Counted from the stretch's first letter, positions 1 to 10,469 are shown. The stretch: DNA of 46,741 nt from Nitrospirae bacterium CG2_30_70_394 (GCA_001873295.1 MNYW01000083.1:299-47039), one strand, 5' to 3'. Notes: generated by a model not told the origin, from the sequence alone. Translations and numbers: made by a program.

Positions 1-27
1 GGCCGGCCACGGCGCCGCGCCGTGCGC

Positions 28-903
28 TCAAAACGGCGCCAGGTAGCAGAGGCCGGAGGTGGGGGTGAGTTGCGGGAGCCAGCGGGAGAGGGCGGCGGAG
101 TCGACCACCCGGCGGAGGCGACGCATGCCGCGCTCCTGGGGGCGGAGGAGCTCGGGGGTGGGGCCGAGGTTGGTGATCTCGCCGGCGATGCGGAGCGCCT
201 CGTGCAGGCTGCCGAGGTCGTCCACCAGCCCCGCCTCTTTGGCCTGCGCTCCGGAAAAGATGCGGCCGTCGGCGAGTGCCCGCACCTGCGCCTCGGGGAG
301 GTGGCGTCCCGTCGCCACCGCTTGCACGAACTGGCCGTAGACCGAGTCGATCACCCCGGCAAGCAGGGCGCGCTCGTCGTCGGTCATCGCGCGGGTGGGG
401 GAGCCGATGTCCTTGTACCGGCCAGACTTCACCACCTGGCTGGAGACTCCGAGGCGGTCGAGGAGGGGGTCCACGCGGGTGAAGTGCATGATCACCCCGA
501 TGGAGCCGGTGAGGGTGCCGGGGTCGGCGACGATCCGCTTCGCGCCGCAGGCGATGTAGTAGCCGCCGCTCGCCGCGACGTTCCCCATGGAGATGACCAC
601 CGGCTTGTGGTGCTCTTCCTGGAAGCGCAGCAGGGCCGCGTGGATCTCCTGCGACGGCGCCACCGCGCCACCGGGCGAGTCGATGCGCACCACCAGGCCG
701 CGCACCCGCGGGTTGTCGGCGAGGTCGTCAATGTCGCCGACCACCTCCTCCGACTCAGCGATGATGCCGTTGAGGTCGATGTAGCCGAGCCGATCCGCCT
801 CTAAGGGGAGGACGCCGTCGCCGCTGCCGAGGTGAAACAGAAGGAAAATCAGCCCGAGGAAGGCGGCGAGGAAAAGGAGGCGTTTGAGGTTGTGGGCGCG
901 CAT
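28..903 (-). CDS. sppA: Signal peptide peptidase SppA (peptidase S49, short form)
   Basis: N-terminal TM segment; RIDSPGG, ASGGYY, TGSIGV and KSGRYKD motifs typical of S49. Start taken at ATG 903 (MRAHNLK). Confidence 0.9.
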   Translation of the reverse strand: MRAHNLKRLLFLAAFLGLIFLLFHLGSGDGVLPLEADRLGYIDLNGIIAESEEVVGDIDDLADNPRVRGLVVRIDSPGGAVAPSQEIHAALLRFQEEHHKPVVISMGNVAASGGYYIACGAKRIVADPGTLTGSIGVIMHFTRVDPLLDRLGVSSQVVKSGRYKDIGSPTRAMTDDERALLAGVIDSVYGQFVQAVATGRHLPEAQVRALADGRIFSGAQAKEAGLVDDLGSLHEALRIAGEITNLGPTPELLRPQERGMRRLRRVVDSAALSRWLPQLTPTSGLCYLAPF

Positions 904-971
904 GGGGAGCTCGCACCATCTTCGTTGGTTGCCGGCAGTGCCGGCAACCAAGAAGAGCGAGGCTGATGCGA

Positions 972-1294
972 GGAGTCTGTCGGATTGGGTTGTGCGTGGT
1001 GGCAGCCAGCGGGCGCGAGTCCGGATCGGGAGCCGTTCGTAGCGCTACGTGGGGCTAGGTCACGAGGGACAGCCCACGAGCGGGCGTAAGTCCAGCTGTT
1101 CAACCGCGCCGGCCACCCACCGCGCCCGGTAATCTTCCGAAAGCCCAGCCTGCACCGGCGGTGGCCACAGAAGCGGCCTCTCGCGATCGGCCACCGTGCA
1201 GCGCTGGCCCATCACCCCTCCCGGTGAGGTCTCCCGGACCCGCGTCCATCTAACCCTCCAGACCCCGACCGGTCCCGAAAGGGTGACAGACTCC
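972..1294 (-). mobile_element. Internally deleted IS1182-like element (about 320 bp, MITE-sized remnant)
   Basis: 10-bp terminal inverted repeats GGAGTCTGTC (972-981) and GACAGACTCC (1285-1294) enclose a transposase N-terminal fragment. The minus-strand end reads NPTDS, like the xPTDS ends I associate with IS1182-family transposases. Confidence 0.6.
1060..1212 (-). pseudogene. Truncated IS1182-family transposase N-terminus
   Basis: MGQRCTVADRERPLLWPPPVQAGLSEDYRARWVAGAVEQLDL resembles the DRxQxxLLPPS-x-WLPEDHLARFV-x-VEQLDL start of IS1182 transposases. GGAGG lies upstream and the frame stops after 50 codons. Confidence 0.6.
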
Positions 1295-1558
1295 AGTGGG
1301 CGGCCGCGGGGAGGGTCGATTCGGGCCGGTGGCATCTACGCCGAGAGGCGGCGCTCTGGGGAAGATTGGACACGGCAGGAGATTGCTTGTATTTCAGGAG
1401 TTTATGGCGGTCGCTCGCCCTCCGGCTCAAGCAGATTCGCGCCCCACCGGGGCCCGGTGCAGCACCCTGCGAGGAAACGCCCCATTGATTCGTGCGCCCG
1501 GCCTGTCCCACAATCCGTCCCTCGACGTGACGCCTCCCGGCTTCCGTCGCCGGAGGTG

Positions 1559-1573
1559 TTGGATTTCATCCAA
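1559..1573. promoter_or_regulatory. Palindromic candidate regulator site upstream of frdC
   Basis: Perfect TTGGAT-N3-ATCCAA inverted repeat in the AT-rich leader about 90 bp before frdC. Resembles but does not match FNR TTGAT-N4-ATCAA. Confidence 0.3.
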
Positions 1574-1661
1574 ATAGATGTACGGATGATTTAGCGTTCG
1601 TAATCTGTCTCGATTTCGGGAGATCTACCGGCCGGTAATCTCCAACTAGGTGGAAAGCGAA

Positions 1662-2429
1662 ATGAAGAGTTTATTGCAAGAGGAAGTGCGCAAGAGTCGG
1701 ATGCCGGCGCGGTTGGATCTTCTTCAGAGTCTGTCGGGGCTCGTGCTTGGCCTGTTTATGTGGGTCCATCTCATCCTGGTGTCGAGCATTTTGCTTGGCA
1801 AAGGTGCGATGAATGCGGTCGCTCGTTTCATGGAGTTGAGCTTCCTTCGCGAAGACGGCTCTGGAGGGTACCCGTTTATTCCGTGGGTGATTGCCTTCGG
1901 AATTTTTCTTGTCTTTATCTTTCACGCTGGGCTGGCGATGCGGAAGTTCCCATCCACGTGGAAGCAAAATCGGGTCTTTCTCTCCCACATGCAGATGATG
2001 CGCCACCCGGATACGAGCCTGTGGTATGTGCAGGTTGTGACCGGGTTCATTATGTTTTTCTTGGGCTCGGTGCATCTCTACGTCATCATGACGAATGCCG
2101 GTAGTATCGATCCTTACGCCTCCGCGGATCGCTTCGTGACCGACTGGATGTGGCCGCTCTTCCTCATCCTACTCTTCGCGGTCGAGTTGCACGCGGCAAT
2201 CGGGATGTATCGCTTGGCGATCAAGTGGGGGATTTTAGACGGGGAAGATCCACGGGTGGCACGCAAGAAGTTTAAGAAGATTAAGAATATCACCAGCGCG
2301 TTTTTTCTGACGCTCGGCATCCTCTCCTGGATTGCCTACGTGTATATCGGTATCCAACACCGTGCGCACGCCGGCGAGCGGTACATCTCCTCCACGGCCG
2401 TTGAGTATTCCTTCGTAGCGCGAGGCTGA
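1662..2429 (+). CDS. frdC: Quinol:fumarate reductase / succinate dehydrogenase dihaem cytochrome b subunit (Wolinella type B)
   Basis: KSRMPARLDLLQSLSGL start, five TM helices and four haem-ligand His (VHL, FHAGLAMRK, SVHLY, AVELH). Alternative GTG start at 1650. Confidence 0.93.
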   Translation: MKSLLQEEVRKSRMPARLDLLQSLSGLVLGLFMWVHLILVSSILLGKGAMNAVARFMELSFLREDGSGGYPFIPWVIAFGIFLVFIFHAGLAMRKFPSTWKQNRVFLSHMQMMRHPDTSLWYVQVVTGFIMFFLGSVHLYVIMTNAGSIDPYASADRFVTDWMWPLFLILLFAVELHAAIGMYRLAIKWGILDGEDPRVARKKFKKIKNITSAFFLTLGILSWIAYVYIGIQHRAHAGERYISSTAVEYSFVARG

Positions 2430-2434
2430 TTTAG

Positions 2435-4405
2435 ATGAAAGTCGTATACACCGATTCTCTTGTGATCGGGGCCGGCTTGGCCGGCCTCCGTGTCGCTGTC
2501 GCGAGCAAGATGCGTGGGTTGGACACCCTCATTTTGTCGCTCATTCCGGCCAAGCGTTCCCACTCTGCCGCCGCCCAGGGCGGCATGCAGGCGAGCCTCG
2601 GGGCCGCCGCGAAGGGGGAGGGGGACAACGAAGACATCCACTTCGCGGATACCGTCAAGGGCTCCGACTGGGGTTGCGATCAACCGGTCGCGCGGATGTT
2701 TACCCACGTCGCACCCAAGGCGATCCGCGAGCTCGCGGCTTGGGGGGTGCCGTGGAGTCGTGTGCGCGGCGGTGATCACGAGGTGGTGATCAACGCCCAG
2801 CGGACCATCATCCACGAGAAGGAAGAGGCGCATGGCCTGATCATGGCCCGCGACTTCGGTGGCACGAAGAAGTGGCGCACCTGTTACACCTCTGATGGCG
2901 CCGGCCACACGATGCTCTACGCCATGGACAATAAGGCGATTGAGCTCGGCATTCCGGTCCATGAGCGGATGGAGGCGGTCGCTCTGATTCATGAAGGTGA
3001 TCGTTGCCGCGGGGCAGTGGTTCGGGACCTCATCACCGGCGAGTTGATCGCCTACGTGGCGAAGGCGACCACGATCGCCACCGGCGGCTACGGGCGCATC
3101 TACGGGGTGACCACCAACGCGGTCATCGTCGAGGGCATGGGGGCCGCTATCGCCTTGGAGACAGGCAAGGCGCCGCTGGGAAACATGGAAGCGGTGCAGT
3201 TCCATCCGACCGCGATTGTCCCCGTCGGCATCCTGATGACCGAGGGGTGTCGTGGTGACGGCGGGGTTCTGCGTGACGTCGATGGCTACCGTTTCATGCC
3301 CGACTACGAGCCGGAAAAGAAGGAGCTTGCCAGCCGCGACGTCGTGTCACGGCGGATGACCGAGCACATGCGCAAGGGCAAGGGTGTTCCGTCACCGTAT
3401 GGCGATCACCTGTGGCTCGATATCACGATCCTTGGCAAGGAGCACATCGAGCGCAATCTGCGCGAGGTTACGGAGATCTGCAGAAACTTTCTTGGTGTCG
3501 ACCCGGTCAAGGACTACATTCCGGTGCGGCCGACCCAGCACTATTCCATGGGGGGTGTACGCACCAACTGGACCGGGGAAAGCCCTGGGCTACGAGGGCT
3601 CTTTTCCGTGGGTGAGGCCGCATGCTGGGATCTCCACGGCTTCAATCGTCTGGGCGGCAACTCCGTCGCCGAGACGGTCGTCTCAGGGATGATCGTGGGC
3701 GAATATGTCGCCGACTATTGTGAGCAGTCGACTTTGGAGATCTCGACCGGTGTGATCGCCGGCTTTATGGAGCGCGAACGGGCGCGCATCGACGCGCTGC
3801 TGGCCCGTCCGAGTGGGGAGAAGGTGTACGAGCTCAGGTCGGCGATGCAGCAGATCATGATGGACAAGGTGGGCATCTTCCGGACGGGAGAGAAGTTGCA
3901 GGAGGCCCTTGATGGGCTGAAGGATCTCTTGCGGCGGAGCAGGAACATTGCCCTGACCAACAAGATCGGATCTTCCAATCCCGAGCTTGTGGATGCACTG
4001 CGGCTCCAGCGCCAGCTCAAGCTGGCGGTTACGGTGACCAAAGGCGCGCTGCTGCGCACCGAGAGCCGCGGTGCCCACACCCGCGAGGACTATCCAGAAC
4101 GTAACGATCGGGACTGGCTCAAGCGCACTTTGGCGTACTGGAAGAATGAGGCAGACGAGGAGCCGACGATCGAGTACGAAGATCTCGACATTTCAAAGAT
4201 GGAGCTTCCACCCGGCTTCCGTGGTTACGGAACGGACAACACGATCCATCACCCGAACACGGCGGGGCGAGTCCAACAAGCCGCCGAGATCGTGCAGTCA
4301 ATGCCGGGTGCCGATCGCTTCCAAGTTCAAAACGCGCTGATGCCGTTCGACCTTCCTGCCAAGTACAAAGAGAAGAACGAGCGCATAGGGGTGGGCTGCA
4401 AATGA
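2435..4405 (+). CDS. frdA: Fumarate reductase flavoprotein subunit
   Basis: GAGLAG FAD motif, SHSAAAQGG covalent-FAD His, [36 protein letters not shown]; 656 aa. Confidence 0.96.
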   Translation: MKVVYTDSLVIGAGLAGLRVAVASKMRGLDTLILSLIPAKRSHSAAAQGGMQASLGAAAKGEGDNEDIHFADTVKGSDWGCDQPVARMFTHVAPKAIRELAAWGVPWSRVRGGDHEVVINAQRTIIHEKEEAHGLIMARDFGGTKKWRTCYTSDGAGHTMLYAMDNKAIELGIPVHERMEAVALIHEGDRCRGAVVRDLITGELIAYVAKATTIATGGYGRIYGVTTNAVIVEGMGAAIALETGKAPLGNMEAVQFHPTAIVPVGILMTEGCRGDGGVLRDVDGYRFMPDYEPEKKELASRDVVSRRMTEHMRKGKGVPSPYGDHLWLDITILGKEHIERNLREVTEICRNFLGVDPVKDYIPVRPTQHYSMGGVRTNWTGESPGLRGLFSVGEAACWDLHGFNRLGGNSVAETVVSGMIVGEYVADYCEQSTLEISTGVIAGFMERERARIDALLARPSGEKVYELRSAMQQIMMDKVGIFRTGEKLQEALDGLKDLLRRSRNIALTNKIGSSNPELVDALRLQRQLKLAVTVTKGALLRTESRGAHTREDYPERNDRDWLKRTLAYWKNEADEEPTIEYEDLDISKMELPPGFRGYGTDNTIHHPNTAGRVQQAAEIVQSMPGADRFQVQNALMPFDLPAKYKEKNERIGVGCK

Positions 4406-5169
4406 GCAATCACGTGAATACTCCGACGGCACACGGAAACGACAAGGGCCGGAAACTTCGGTTCCACATCTTCCGTTACAACCCGCAACTGCCTGGCGAC
4501 AAGCCACGCATGCAGACCTTCGAGATCGAAGAGCAACCGGGGATGACGATCTTTGTCGCGCTCAACGAGATCCGTGAGCGCCAAGATTCTTCGTTGCAGT
4601 TCGACTTCGTGTGTCGTGCTGGTATCTGCGGCTCTTGCGGCGTGGTGATCAACGGCCGGCCTGACCTCGCGTGTCACACCCTGACCGCGAAGTTTAGCGG
4701 CGGAGAGATCACCCTCCTTCCCCTTCCCGCCTTCGAACTGATCGGTGACCTGTCGGTCAACACGGGCAAGTTCATGCGCTCCATGAGTGAGCGGATTGAA
4801 AGCTGGATCCATAGCGAGGAGGCGAAGCACTGCGACTTCAATGTCCTCGAAGAGCGCATGGATCCGGACCTCGCGGACAAGATCTACGAGTTGGATCGCT
4901 GCATCGAGTGCGGCTGCTGTATCTCCGCCTGTGGCACCAAGCGCATGCGCGAGGACTTTCTCGGCGCCGTTGGCTTTATGCACGTGGCGCGTTTTCATCT
5001 TGATACTCGAGACCAGCGAACCGACGACGACTGGTACGAGATCATCGGCGACGATGACGGCATCTTCGGCTGCATGAGCCTGATGGGCTGTGAGGACAAC
5101 TGCCCGAAGGATCTTCCGCACCAGGCCCAGATCGCCTTCCTGCGCCGCAAGATGGTGATGGTCCGCTAG
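4402..5169 (+). CDS. frdB: Fumarate reductase iron-sulfur subunit
   Basis: [10 protein letters not shown] [2Fe-2S], [11 protein letters not shown] and [12 protein letters not shown] clusters; ATGA overlap with frdA. Confidence 0.95.
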   Translation: MSNHVNTPTAHGNDKGRKLRFHIFRYNPQLPGDKPRMQTFEIEEQPGMTIFVALNEIRERQDSSLQFDFVCRAGICGSCGVVINGRPDLACHTLTAKFSGGEITLLPLPAFELIGDLSVNTGKFMRSMSERIESWIHSEEAKHCDFNVLEERMDPDLADKIYELDRCIECGCCISACGTKRMREDFLGAVGFMHVARFHLDTRDQRTDDDWYEIIGDDDGIFGCMSLMGCEDNCPKDLPHQAQIAFLRRKMVMVR

Positions 5170-5250
5170 GGATCGCCCCGGCCGGCGGGGCTGGCCGGGG
5201 CGCTTGGGCCCGCGCCCCCCCGCAGGATTTCCGGCCGGCAGGCAGACAAC

Positions 5251-5499
5251 GGCCACGCGGTGCACGGAAGGCGGGAGCTCGCCGAGATGGCGCGGCGCCA
5301 AAGGTGGCGTGCGCGCCGGGCCACGGCGGTGTACGGAAGGCGAAAGCTCGCCGAGCGGCTCCCCGGGCCGAGGTTGAGGCCACACGCCACGGCGCTGTGC
5401 CGAACGTGGAGGCCCGCGGCGCCCTCTCTCAAGGCGGGGGTGAAGCCGCGCGGCCGGCCCAAAGGGCTGTGCCGAACGTGGAGGCCCGCGGCGCCCTCT
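5251..5499. repeat. Degenerate four-unit direct repeat array (period 66-72 bp)
   Basis: Exact 34-bp repeat GCTGTGCCGAACGTGGAGGCCCGCGGCGCCCTCT at 5394-5427 and 5466-5499. A near-identical pair lies at 5251-5286 and 5319-5355. The two pairs align with each other at about 26/36 positions. Confidence 0.8.
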
Positions 5500-5565
5500 T
5501 TCGCTGTGGATCGGGTTGGCTCTCCCCGGCGGTTTTCCGCGGCGGGTGTGGCAGGATGGCCACTT

Positions 5566-6384
5566 ATGTCCCTCTTCCTCCTTCGCCGCCTCCCCCTCGC
5601 CGTGGTGTCGCGCCTCGTGGGATGGGTGGCGCGGCGCCGCCTGGGGCCGCGCCTGCTCCAGCCACTCCTGCGAGCCTACGCGCGCCACTACCGGGTGAAC
5701 CTCGGCGAGGCAGAAACGGCGCTGACCGCGTATCCCACGGTCGAGGCCTTTTTCACTCGCCGCCTGCGGCCGGGCAGCCGGCCGGTGGCAACGACGCCCC
5801 TCGTGTCGCCGTGCGACGGCTGGCTGGCCCCGGCGGAGCGGATCACCGGGGATCGGGCGATCACCGCCAAGGGGTACCCGTACCGACTCGCCGACCTCCT
5901 GGGTCCGCTCGCGCCCTGGGGGTCGCGCCTCGCCGGCGGTCAGTGGCTCACCCTCTATCTGTCGCCGCGCGACTACCACCGCTTCCACGCCCCCGCGGCG
6001 ATGGTGGTGGTGGAGAGCTGTCACCTCCCGGGCCGGCGCTGGCCGGTGAATGGCTGGGGGATCGACCACCTCCCGGACCTCTTCGTGGAGAACGAGCGGG
6101 TGGTGGTGGCGGCGGAGACCACTGCGGGGTGGCCGCTGGTGATGGTCTTCGTGGCGGCGCTCAACGTCGGGCGGATCGAGCTACACGGGGTGGGTCCCGC
6201 TACCGGTCAGGGTAGCCGCCACCACTGGGCGCTCACCGCGGGCGAGGAGATGGGCTACTTCGGCCTCGGTTCGACCATCCTCCTGCTCTTGCCGCCGTCC
6301 GCGCCTCCGCTGCTGGCGCGCGGCGGTGGCGCCCCTATTCGGGTCGGTGAGGCCTTGGCGAACGCGCCGCCTGGAGGGCGATGA
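5566..6384 (+). CDS. psd: Phosphatidylserine decarboxylase proenzyme
   Basis: FFTRRLRPGSRP, SPCDG, YLSPRDYHRFHAP, ENER and GLGST self-cleavage motif. Start at ATG 5566. Confidence 0.9.
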   Translation: MSLFLLRRLPLAVVSRLVGWVARRRLGPRLLQPLLRAYARHYRVNLGEAETALTAYPTVEAFFTRRLRPGSRPVATTPLVSPCDGWLAPAERITGDRAITAKGYPYRLADLLGPLAPWGSRLAGGQWLTLYLSPRDYHRFHAPAAMVVVESCHLPGRRWPVNGWGIDHLPDLFVENERVVVAAETTAGWPLVMVFVAALNVGRIELHGVGPATGQGSRHHWALTAGEEMGYFGLGSTILLLLPPSAPPLLARGGGAPIRVGEALANAPPGGR

Positions 6385-6916
6385 GGGCGCCGACGACGCC
6401 GGCGACCAGCATCACCACGAGAATCGCGATGCCGCGGTGGTCGTGGGCCCGCTGGATCATGTCGATGGCGAACTCCCCGAGGAAGTAGCCGGCGGCGGTG
6501 AAGATGATCGCCCACGGGAAGGCGGAGGAGGCGTTGAGGAGTAGGAAGCGGCTCGGCGGCGTGCGCAGCATCCCGAAGGTGAGGGGCAAAAGGATCCGGA
6601 AGCCGTACATGAAGCGCGACGCCGGGATCAGCCAGCCGTGGTAGCGGTCAATGAGTTCCATCGCTTTGTTCACCCGGCCGGAGAAGGCGCGTACCCGCCG
6701 GATGATCGGCTCCCCGCGCCAGCGGCCCAGGTAGTAGTAGCCCTGATCGCCGATCACCGCGCCCACCACCGCCACCCCGTACACCTCCCAAAAGCTGAAC
6801 ATGCCGATGTGGGCGAGGAAGCCGGCCACCACCAACACCAGCTCCCCCTCGAGGACGCAGCCGACGAAGACGAACCAGAGGCCGTAGTCGAAGAGGTAGG
6901 ACTGGACCTGGTCCAT
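6335..6916 (-). CDS. DedA family membrane protein
   Basis: LEGE..AGFLA, GAVIGDQGYYYLGR and RFMYGFR DedA/SNARE-associated motifs. Its 3' end overlaps psd convergently by 50 bp. Confidence 0.88.
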   Translation of the reverse strand: MDQVQSYLFDYGLWFVFVGCVLEGELVLVVAGFLAHIGMFSFWEVYGVAVVGAVIGDQGYYYLGRWRGEPIIRRVRAFSGRVNKAMELIDRYHGWLIPASRFMYGFRILLPLTFGMLRTPPSRFLLLNASSAFPWAIIFTAAGYFLGEFAIDMIQRAHDHRGIAILVVMLVAGVVGALIALQAARSPRPHRPE

Positions 6917-7028
6917 CGGGGTTCGCTTCGTTTTCGGGGAGGTGGGGAGTTGGGTTAGGGATGGGGTCGGCCGCCGGCCGCGGGCGATCTTTTCACGACG
7001 CTATCCGTACCTGCCCGCTCTCCCGCCC

Positions 7029-7418
7029 CTATTCCCACACATCCGGGTAGCGCACGGTCACCACCGTGTGGATGCCGCCGCGGACCTTGAAGTCTGCCAC
7101 CACCTCCATGCGCCGCGGTGCGGTGGCGGCCACCAGGTCGTCGAGGACCTGGTTGGTGACCGCTTCGTGGAAGGCACCTTCGTCGCGGTACGACCAGAGG
7201 TAGAGCTTCAGGGACTTGAGCTCGACGCAGGTCTGATCGGGACAGTAGCGGATGGTGAAGGTGGCGAAGTCGGGCTGGCCGGTGACCGGGCAGAGGCAGG
7301 TGAACTCCGGGCAGACCAGCTCGATGTCGTACTCCCGGTCCGGGTACGGGTTAGCGAAGGTGTCGAGGTTGCGCGACGGCCCGCGGTGTTCCCCCGCACC
7401 GAGCCGCCCCATGCTCAC
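7029..7418 (-). CDS. queF: NADPH-dependent 7-cyano-7-deazaguanine (preQ0) reductase, short type
   Basis: [26 protein letters not shown] and RGGI motifs. Confidence 0.95.
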   Translation of the reverse strand: MSMGRLGAGEHRGPSRNLDTFANPYPDREYDIELVCPEFTCLCPVTGQPDFATFTIRYCPDQTCVELKSLKLYLWSYRDEGAFHEAVTNQVLDDLVAATAPRRMEVVADFKVRGGIHTVVTVRYPDVWE

Positions 7419-8359
7419 TGGGCCGCCTCGACGAGGAAGTGCTCGGCGTCGAGGGCCGCCTGGCAGCCGGTGCCGGCGGCGGTGATCGCCTGCTTGTAGA
7501 CCGGGTCCATTACATCGCCGCAGGCAAAGACGCCGGGGACGGAGGTGGCGGTCGAGTGGGGCGCGGTGGTGATGAAGCCGGCAGGGTTCAGCGCCAGCTG
7601 GCCGTTGAGGAAGGCGGTGTTCGGCTGGTGGCCGATGGCCATGAAGATGCCGTCCGCGGGCCGCTCGGTGATCGCGCCGCTCTTCACGTTCTTGACCCGC
7701 ACGCCGGTGACGTGGGGTGGGTCGCCCGCGCCGAGGATTTCCACGATCGTCGAGTCCCAGAGGCAGGTGATCTTGTCATTCGCCTGCACCCGGTCGGCGA
7801 GGATCTTGCTCGCGCGCAGTTGGTCGCGGCGGTGGACGAGAGTGACCCGGGAGGCGAACTTGGTGAGGAAGAGAGACTCCTCCGCTGCCGTGTCGCCGCC
7901 GCCGACCACGTAGACCTCCTTGTCGCGAAAGAAGAAGGCGTCGCAGGTGGCGCAGGCAGAGACCCCGAAGCCGCGGTACCGCGTCTCCGACTCCAGCCCC
8001 AGCCAGCGCGCCGAGGCGCCCGTGGCGACGATCAAACAGTCGGCGGTGTAGGGGTCGCCGCCGGTGGTGACGGAGAACGGCCGCTGCCTTAGATCGACGC
8101 CCGTGACCACCTCGAAGAGGCAGCGGGTACCAAACCTTTCCGCCTGCCTCTTCATCAATTCCATAAGCTCGGGTCCCTGGATCCCTGCAGGGAAGCCGGG
8201 AAAGTTATCCACCTCGGTGGTCATGGTGAGTTGGCCACCCGGCTGCGGCCCCTCCAGGACCAGGGGGTTGAGGTCGGCGCGAGCCGCGTAGAGCGCCGCG
8301 GTGTAGCCCGCCGGGCCGCCGCCGATGATGACGAGTTTCTCGTGGTGGGTGTCGGCCAA
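7415..8359 (-). CDS. trxB: Thioredoxin-disulfide reductase
   Basis: [15 protein letters not shown] active site, GGGDTA, HRRD and QAITAAGTG; TTG start after GAGGAGG. Confidence 0.96.
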   Translation of the reverse strand: MADTHHEKLVIIGGGPAGYTAALYAARADLNPLVLEGPQPGGQLTMTTEVDNFPGFPAGIQGPELMELMKRQAERFGTRCLFEVVTGVDLRQRPFSVTTGGDPYTADCLIVATGASARWLGLESETRYRGFGVSACATCDAFFFRDKEVYVVGGGDTAAEESLFLTKFASRVTLVHRRDQLRASKILADRVQANDKITCLWDSTIVEILGAGDPPHVTGVRVKNVKSGAITERPADGIFMAIGHQPNTAFLNGQLALNPAGFITTAPHSTATSVPGVFACGDVMDPVYKQAITAAGTGCQAALDAEHFLVEAAQ

Positions 8360-8455
8360 GGCGTCCTCCTCGGGTGGAGCGCCACCGTACGGGGCGGCGA
8401 TTTGCGCGGGGCGGGATGGTAGGAGGGGGGTAGAGGGTACGCAACCGAGCCGCCC

Positions 8456-9490
8456 TCAGGGCGCCGCCACCCGCCACGAGGTGACCGCCCAGCGGTGGTC
8501 CGCCTTGCGCTGGGCGGAGGCGGTAATGCGGTTGGTGGGGCGGGTGAGGGGGAGCTCGACCCGGGCGCGGAGCCAGCCCGTGGCCGGGTCGAAGTGCGCG
8601 TCGAGGCGGCCGCGTTCGGAGAGGAAGAGGTTCACCTGGTCCGGCCGGTACTGCTCCGGCGCCCGCAGGCGGATCGCGATCTCGCCCACCGTTCGCCCTC
8701 CCAGCAGCCCAACGTCGGGGTGGCGTTCCACCCACGGCAGGGGTGGTTGGGCCACCGCCTCGGCGAGGGCGGCGACCGACCCGAGGCTCCCCACCATGGG
8801 GTTGCGGGGTAGGCGCCCCAGGGGTGTCTCCGCGCCCACGTTGCCACGGTCCTGGGTGAGCTGGACCGGGTAGCCGAGGTGGCGCGCGACCTCTTCACTG
8901 CCCAGCGTGTACTCGCCGTACGGGGCGGCGAAGGGGATCGGTGTGATCCCGAGGCGCGCCTGTAGCAGGTGGGCGGCGGCGGTCAAGTCGTCGCGCAGGT
9001 GGGTCTCCCAGGTGGGATCGCCGTAGAGGTGGCGGTGGCGATGGCCGTGGTTGCCGAGGCTTACCCCCGGTCTCCGGGCGAGCTCGGCGAGCTGCTCCCA
9101 GCTCATGAAGTCGGGAAAGCGCGCCTCCATCGCCTCGGTGTAGACGAACAGGGTGTAGGGGTAGCCGCGTGCCGCGAGGATCGGCGCGGCGATCGCGTAG
9201 ATCGAGCGGTAGGTGTCATCGAAGGTAATCACCACGCTCTTGGGCGGCGGCGGGGCGCCGCGCGCCAGGGCCGCGGTGAGCTCAGCGAGGGGGATCACCC
9301 GCAGGTGGTGGTCGGCGATCCACGCCATCTGGTCGCGGAACGCTCCCACGCTGATCGAGGTGGAGGGGTGGGCGGTCTCGTCCACCCGGTGGTAGAGGAG
9401 GAGGGTGCAGTAATCGCCGCCTGCCGCCGCCCCCCCCACCGCCGGGAAGAGGAGGATGAGGAGGAGGGCGAGGAGGGTTAGACGTTGCAT
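8456..9490 (-). CDS. Exported polysaccharide deacetylase (NodB/CE4 family)
   Basis: Signal peptide, LLYHRV, ITFDD, NHGHRH and APYG motifs. Start at ATG 9490 (MQRLTLL). Confidence 0.85.
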   Translation of the reverse strand: MQRLTLLALLLILLFPAVGGAAAGGDYCTLLLYHRVDETAHPSTSISVGAFRDQMAWIADHHLRVIPLAELTAALARGAPPPPKSVVITFDDTYRSIYAIAAPILAARGYPYTLFVYTEAMEARFPDFMSWEQLAELARRPGVSLGNHGHRHRHLYGDPTWETHLRDDLTAAAHLLQARLGITPIPFAAPYGEYTLGSEEVARHLGYPVQLTQDRGNVGAETPLGRLPRNPMVGSLGSVAALAEAVAQPPLPWVERHPDVGLLGGRTVGEIAIRLRAPEQYRPDQVNLFLSERGRLDAHFDPATGWLRARVELPLTRPTNRITASAQRKADHRWAVTSWRVAAP

Positions 9491-9560
9491 GGTGGGTCCG
9501 TCGCGACCACCGCACCCGGGGAGCGCACCGCGCTGCTCCAGCCGCCGTGGCGGCAACAGC

Positions 9561-10403
9561 TCACCCCTCGCCGGGCAGGATGGCGACGGCGAAGGTGATC
9601 GTGGCTCCCTCCAGGCGGTTGTCGTCGATGATCTGGCGGATCTCCTCCACGTACGCATCGCCCTGCTGGGAGTAGGCGCGCAGCCCCGTCGCCAGGGTGG
9701 AGCCGTCCACCGGCCGCCCCGCGTCGCGCAGGCGCGCACGCAGGCTGCGCAGGGGGCGGTAGGCGCGGTGGGTGTTGATGTTGCGCAGGTAGCTGCGCAC
9801 CGAATGGCTGGTGGTGCGGTAGGCGGCGACGCGGTAGTCGGCGTCCGGATCGGCGGCGCGCGCCGCCAGCCCCGGGGTGTCGCCGGTGACCCACTGGCCA
9901 AAGAGGTTGTTGCCGTCGTGGACGAACCGCGACGTTCCCCAGCCCGACTCCATCGCCGCCTGCGCCAAAACCAGGGCGGCGGGGAGGGTGTCGACGCGCA
10001 CGAGGAGCTCGTCCACCGTGGCCGCAGGGACCGGGCCGGTGGCGGGCGGGATCAAGGGGGTGGGTAACTGGTAGTCGCGCACCAGGCCGTTAAGGACGCG
10101 CCGCTCGCGGGCGCAGAGGCGGCCGGAGGCCAGCGCCTGCCGGCGGTGGAGGAGCCAGCGGCGCTCGCCCGCCACCCGCTGATTCTCCGCCTCGACCACC
10201 GGCAGGAGGGCGTCGAGAAAGAGCCGTTTGCGATCGGGGATGGAGGTGACCTGGGCGAGGTCGCGGGGAAAGGGGCGCGTGTACGCCACGCCGGTGGTGG
10301 GGGGCGCGGCTCCAGCACCGCCGATCCCGACGATCACCGCACCCGCCCCGAGGAGGGCGAAGGTGGCGGCGGCGAGGGGGCGGGCGAGGGGGGTGGGGAT
10401 CAT
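9561..10403 (-). CDS. Glucosaminidase-domain protein (Bax-like, GH73)
   Basis: LAQAAMESGWGTSRF, NNLFG, YLRNINTHRAY and YS..G.AY motifs; N-terminal signal or anchor. Confidence 0.88.
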   Translation of the reverse strand: MIPTPLARPLAAATFALLGAGAVIVGIGGAGAAPPTTGVAYTRPFPRDLAQVTSIPDRKRLFLDALLPVVEAENQRVAGERRWLLHRRQALASGRLCARERRVLNGLVRDYQLPTPLIPPATGPVPAATVDELLVRVDTLPAALVLAQAAMESGWGTSRFVHDGNNLFGQWVTGDTPGLAARAADPDADYRVAAYRTTSHSVRSYLRNINTHRAYRPLRSLRARLRDAGRPVDGSTLATGLRAYSQQGDAYVEEIRQIIDDNRLEGATITFAVAILPGEG

Positions 10404-10469
10404 GAAAGATGAGCCATGGAGGGGGAGGTCCCTTTTCGGCGGCGTGGCCCAAGGGGAGCAGGGCGGGGG

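Noticed and set aside
5174-5202. GC hairpin after frdB as an intrinsic terminator
   Set aside because: A 10-bp stem is present but there is no real U-tract.
5251-5499. Calling this or the other repeat pairs a bona fide CRISPR array
   Set aside because: At most two identical copies each, four different repeat sequences, no AT-rich leader, no cas genes, and partly similar linkers.
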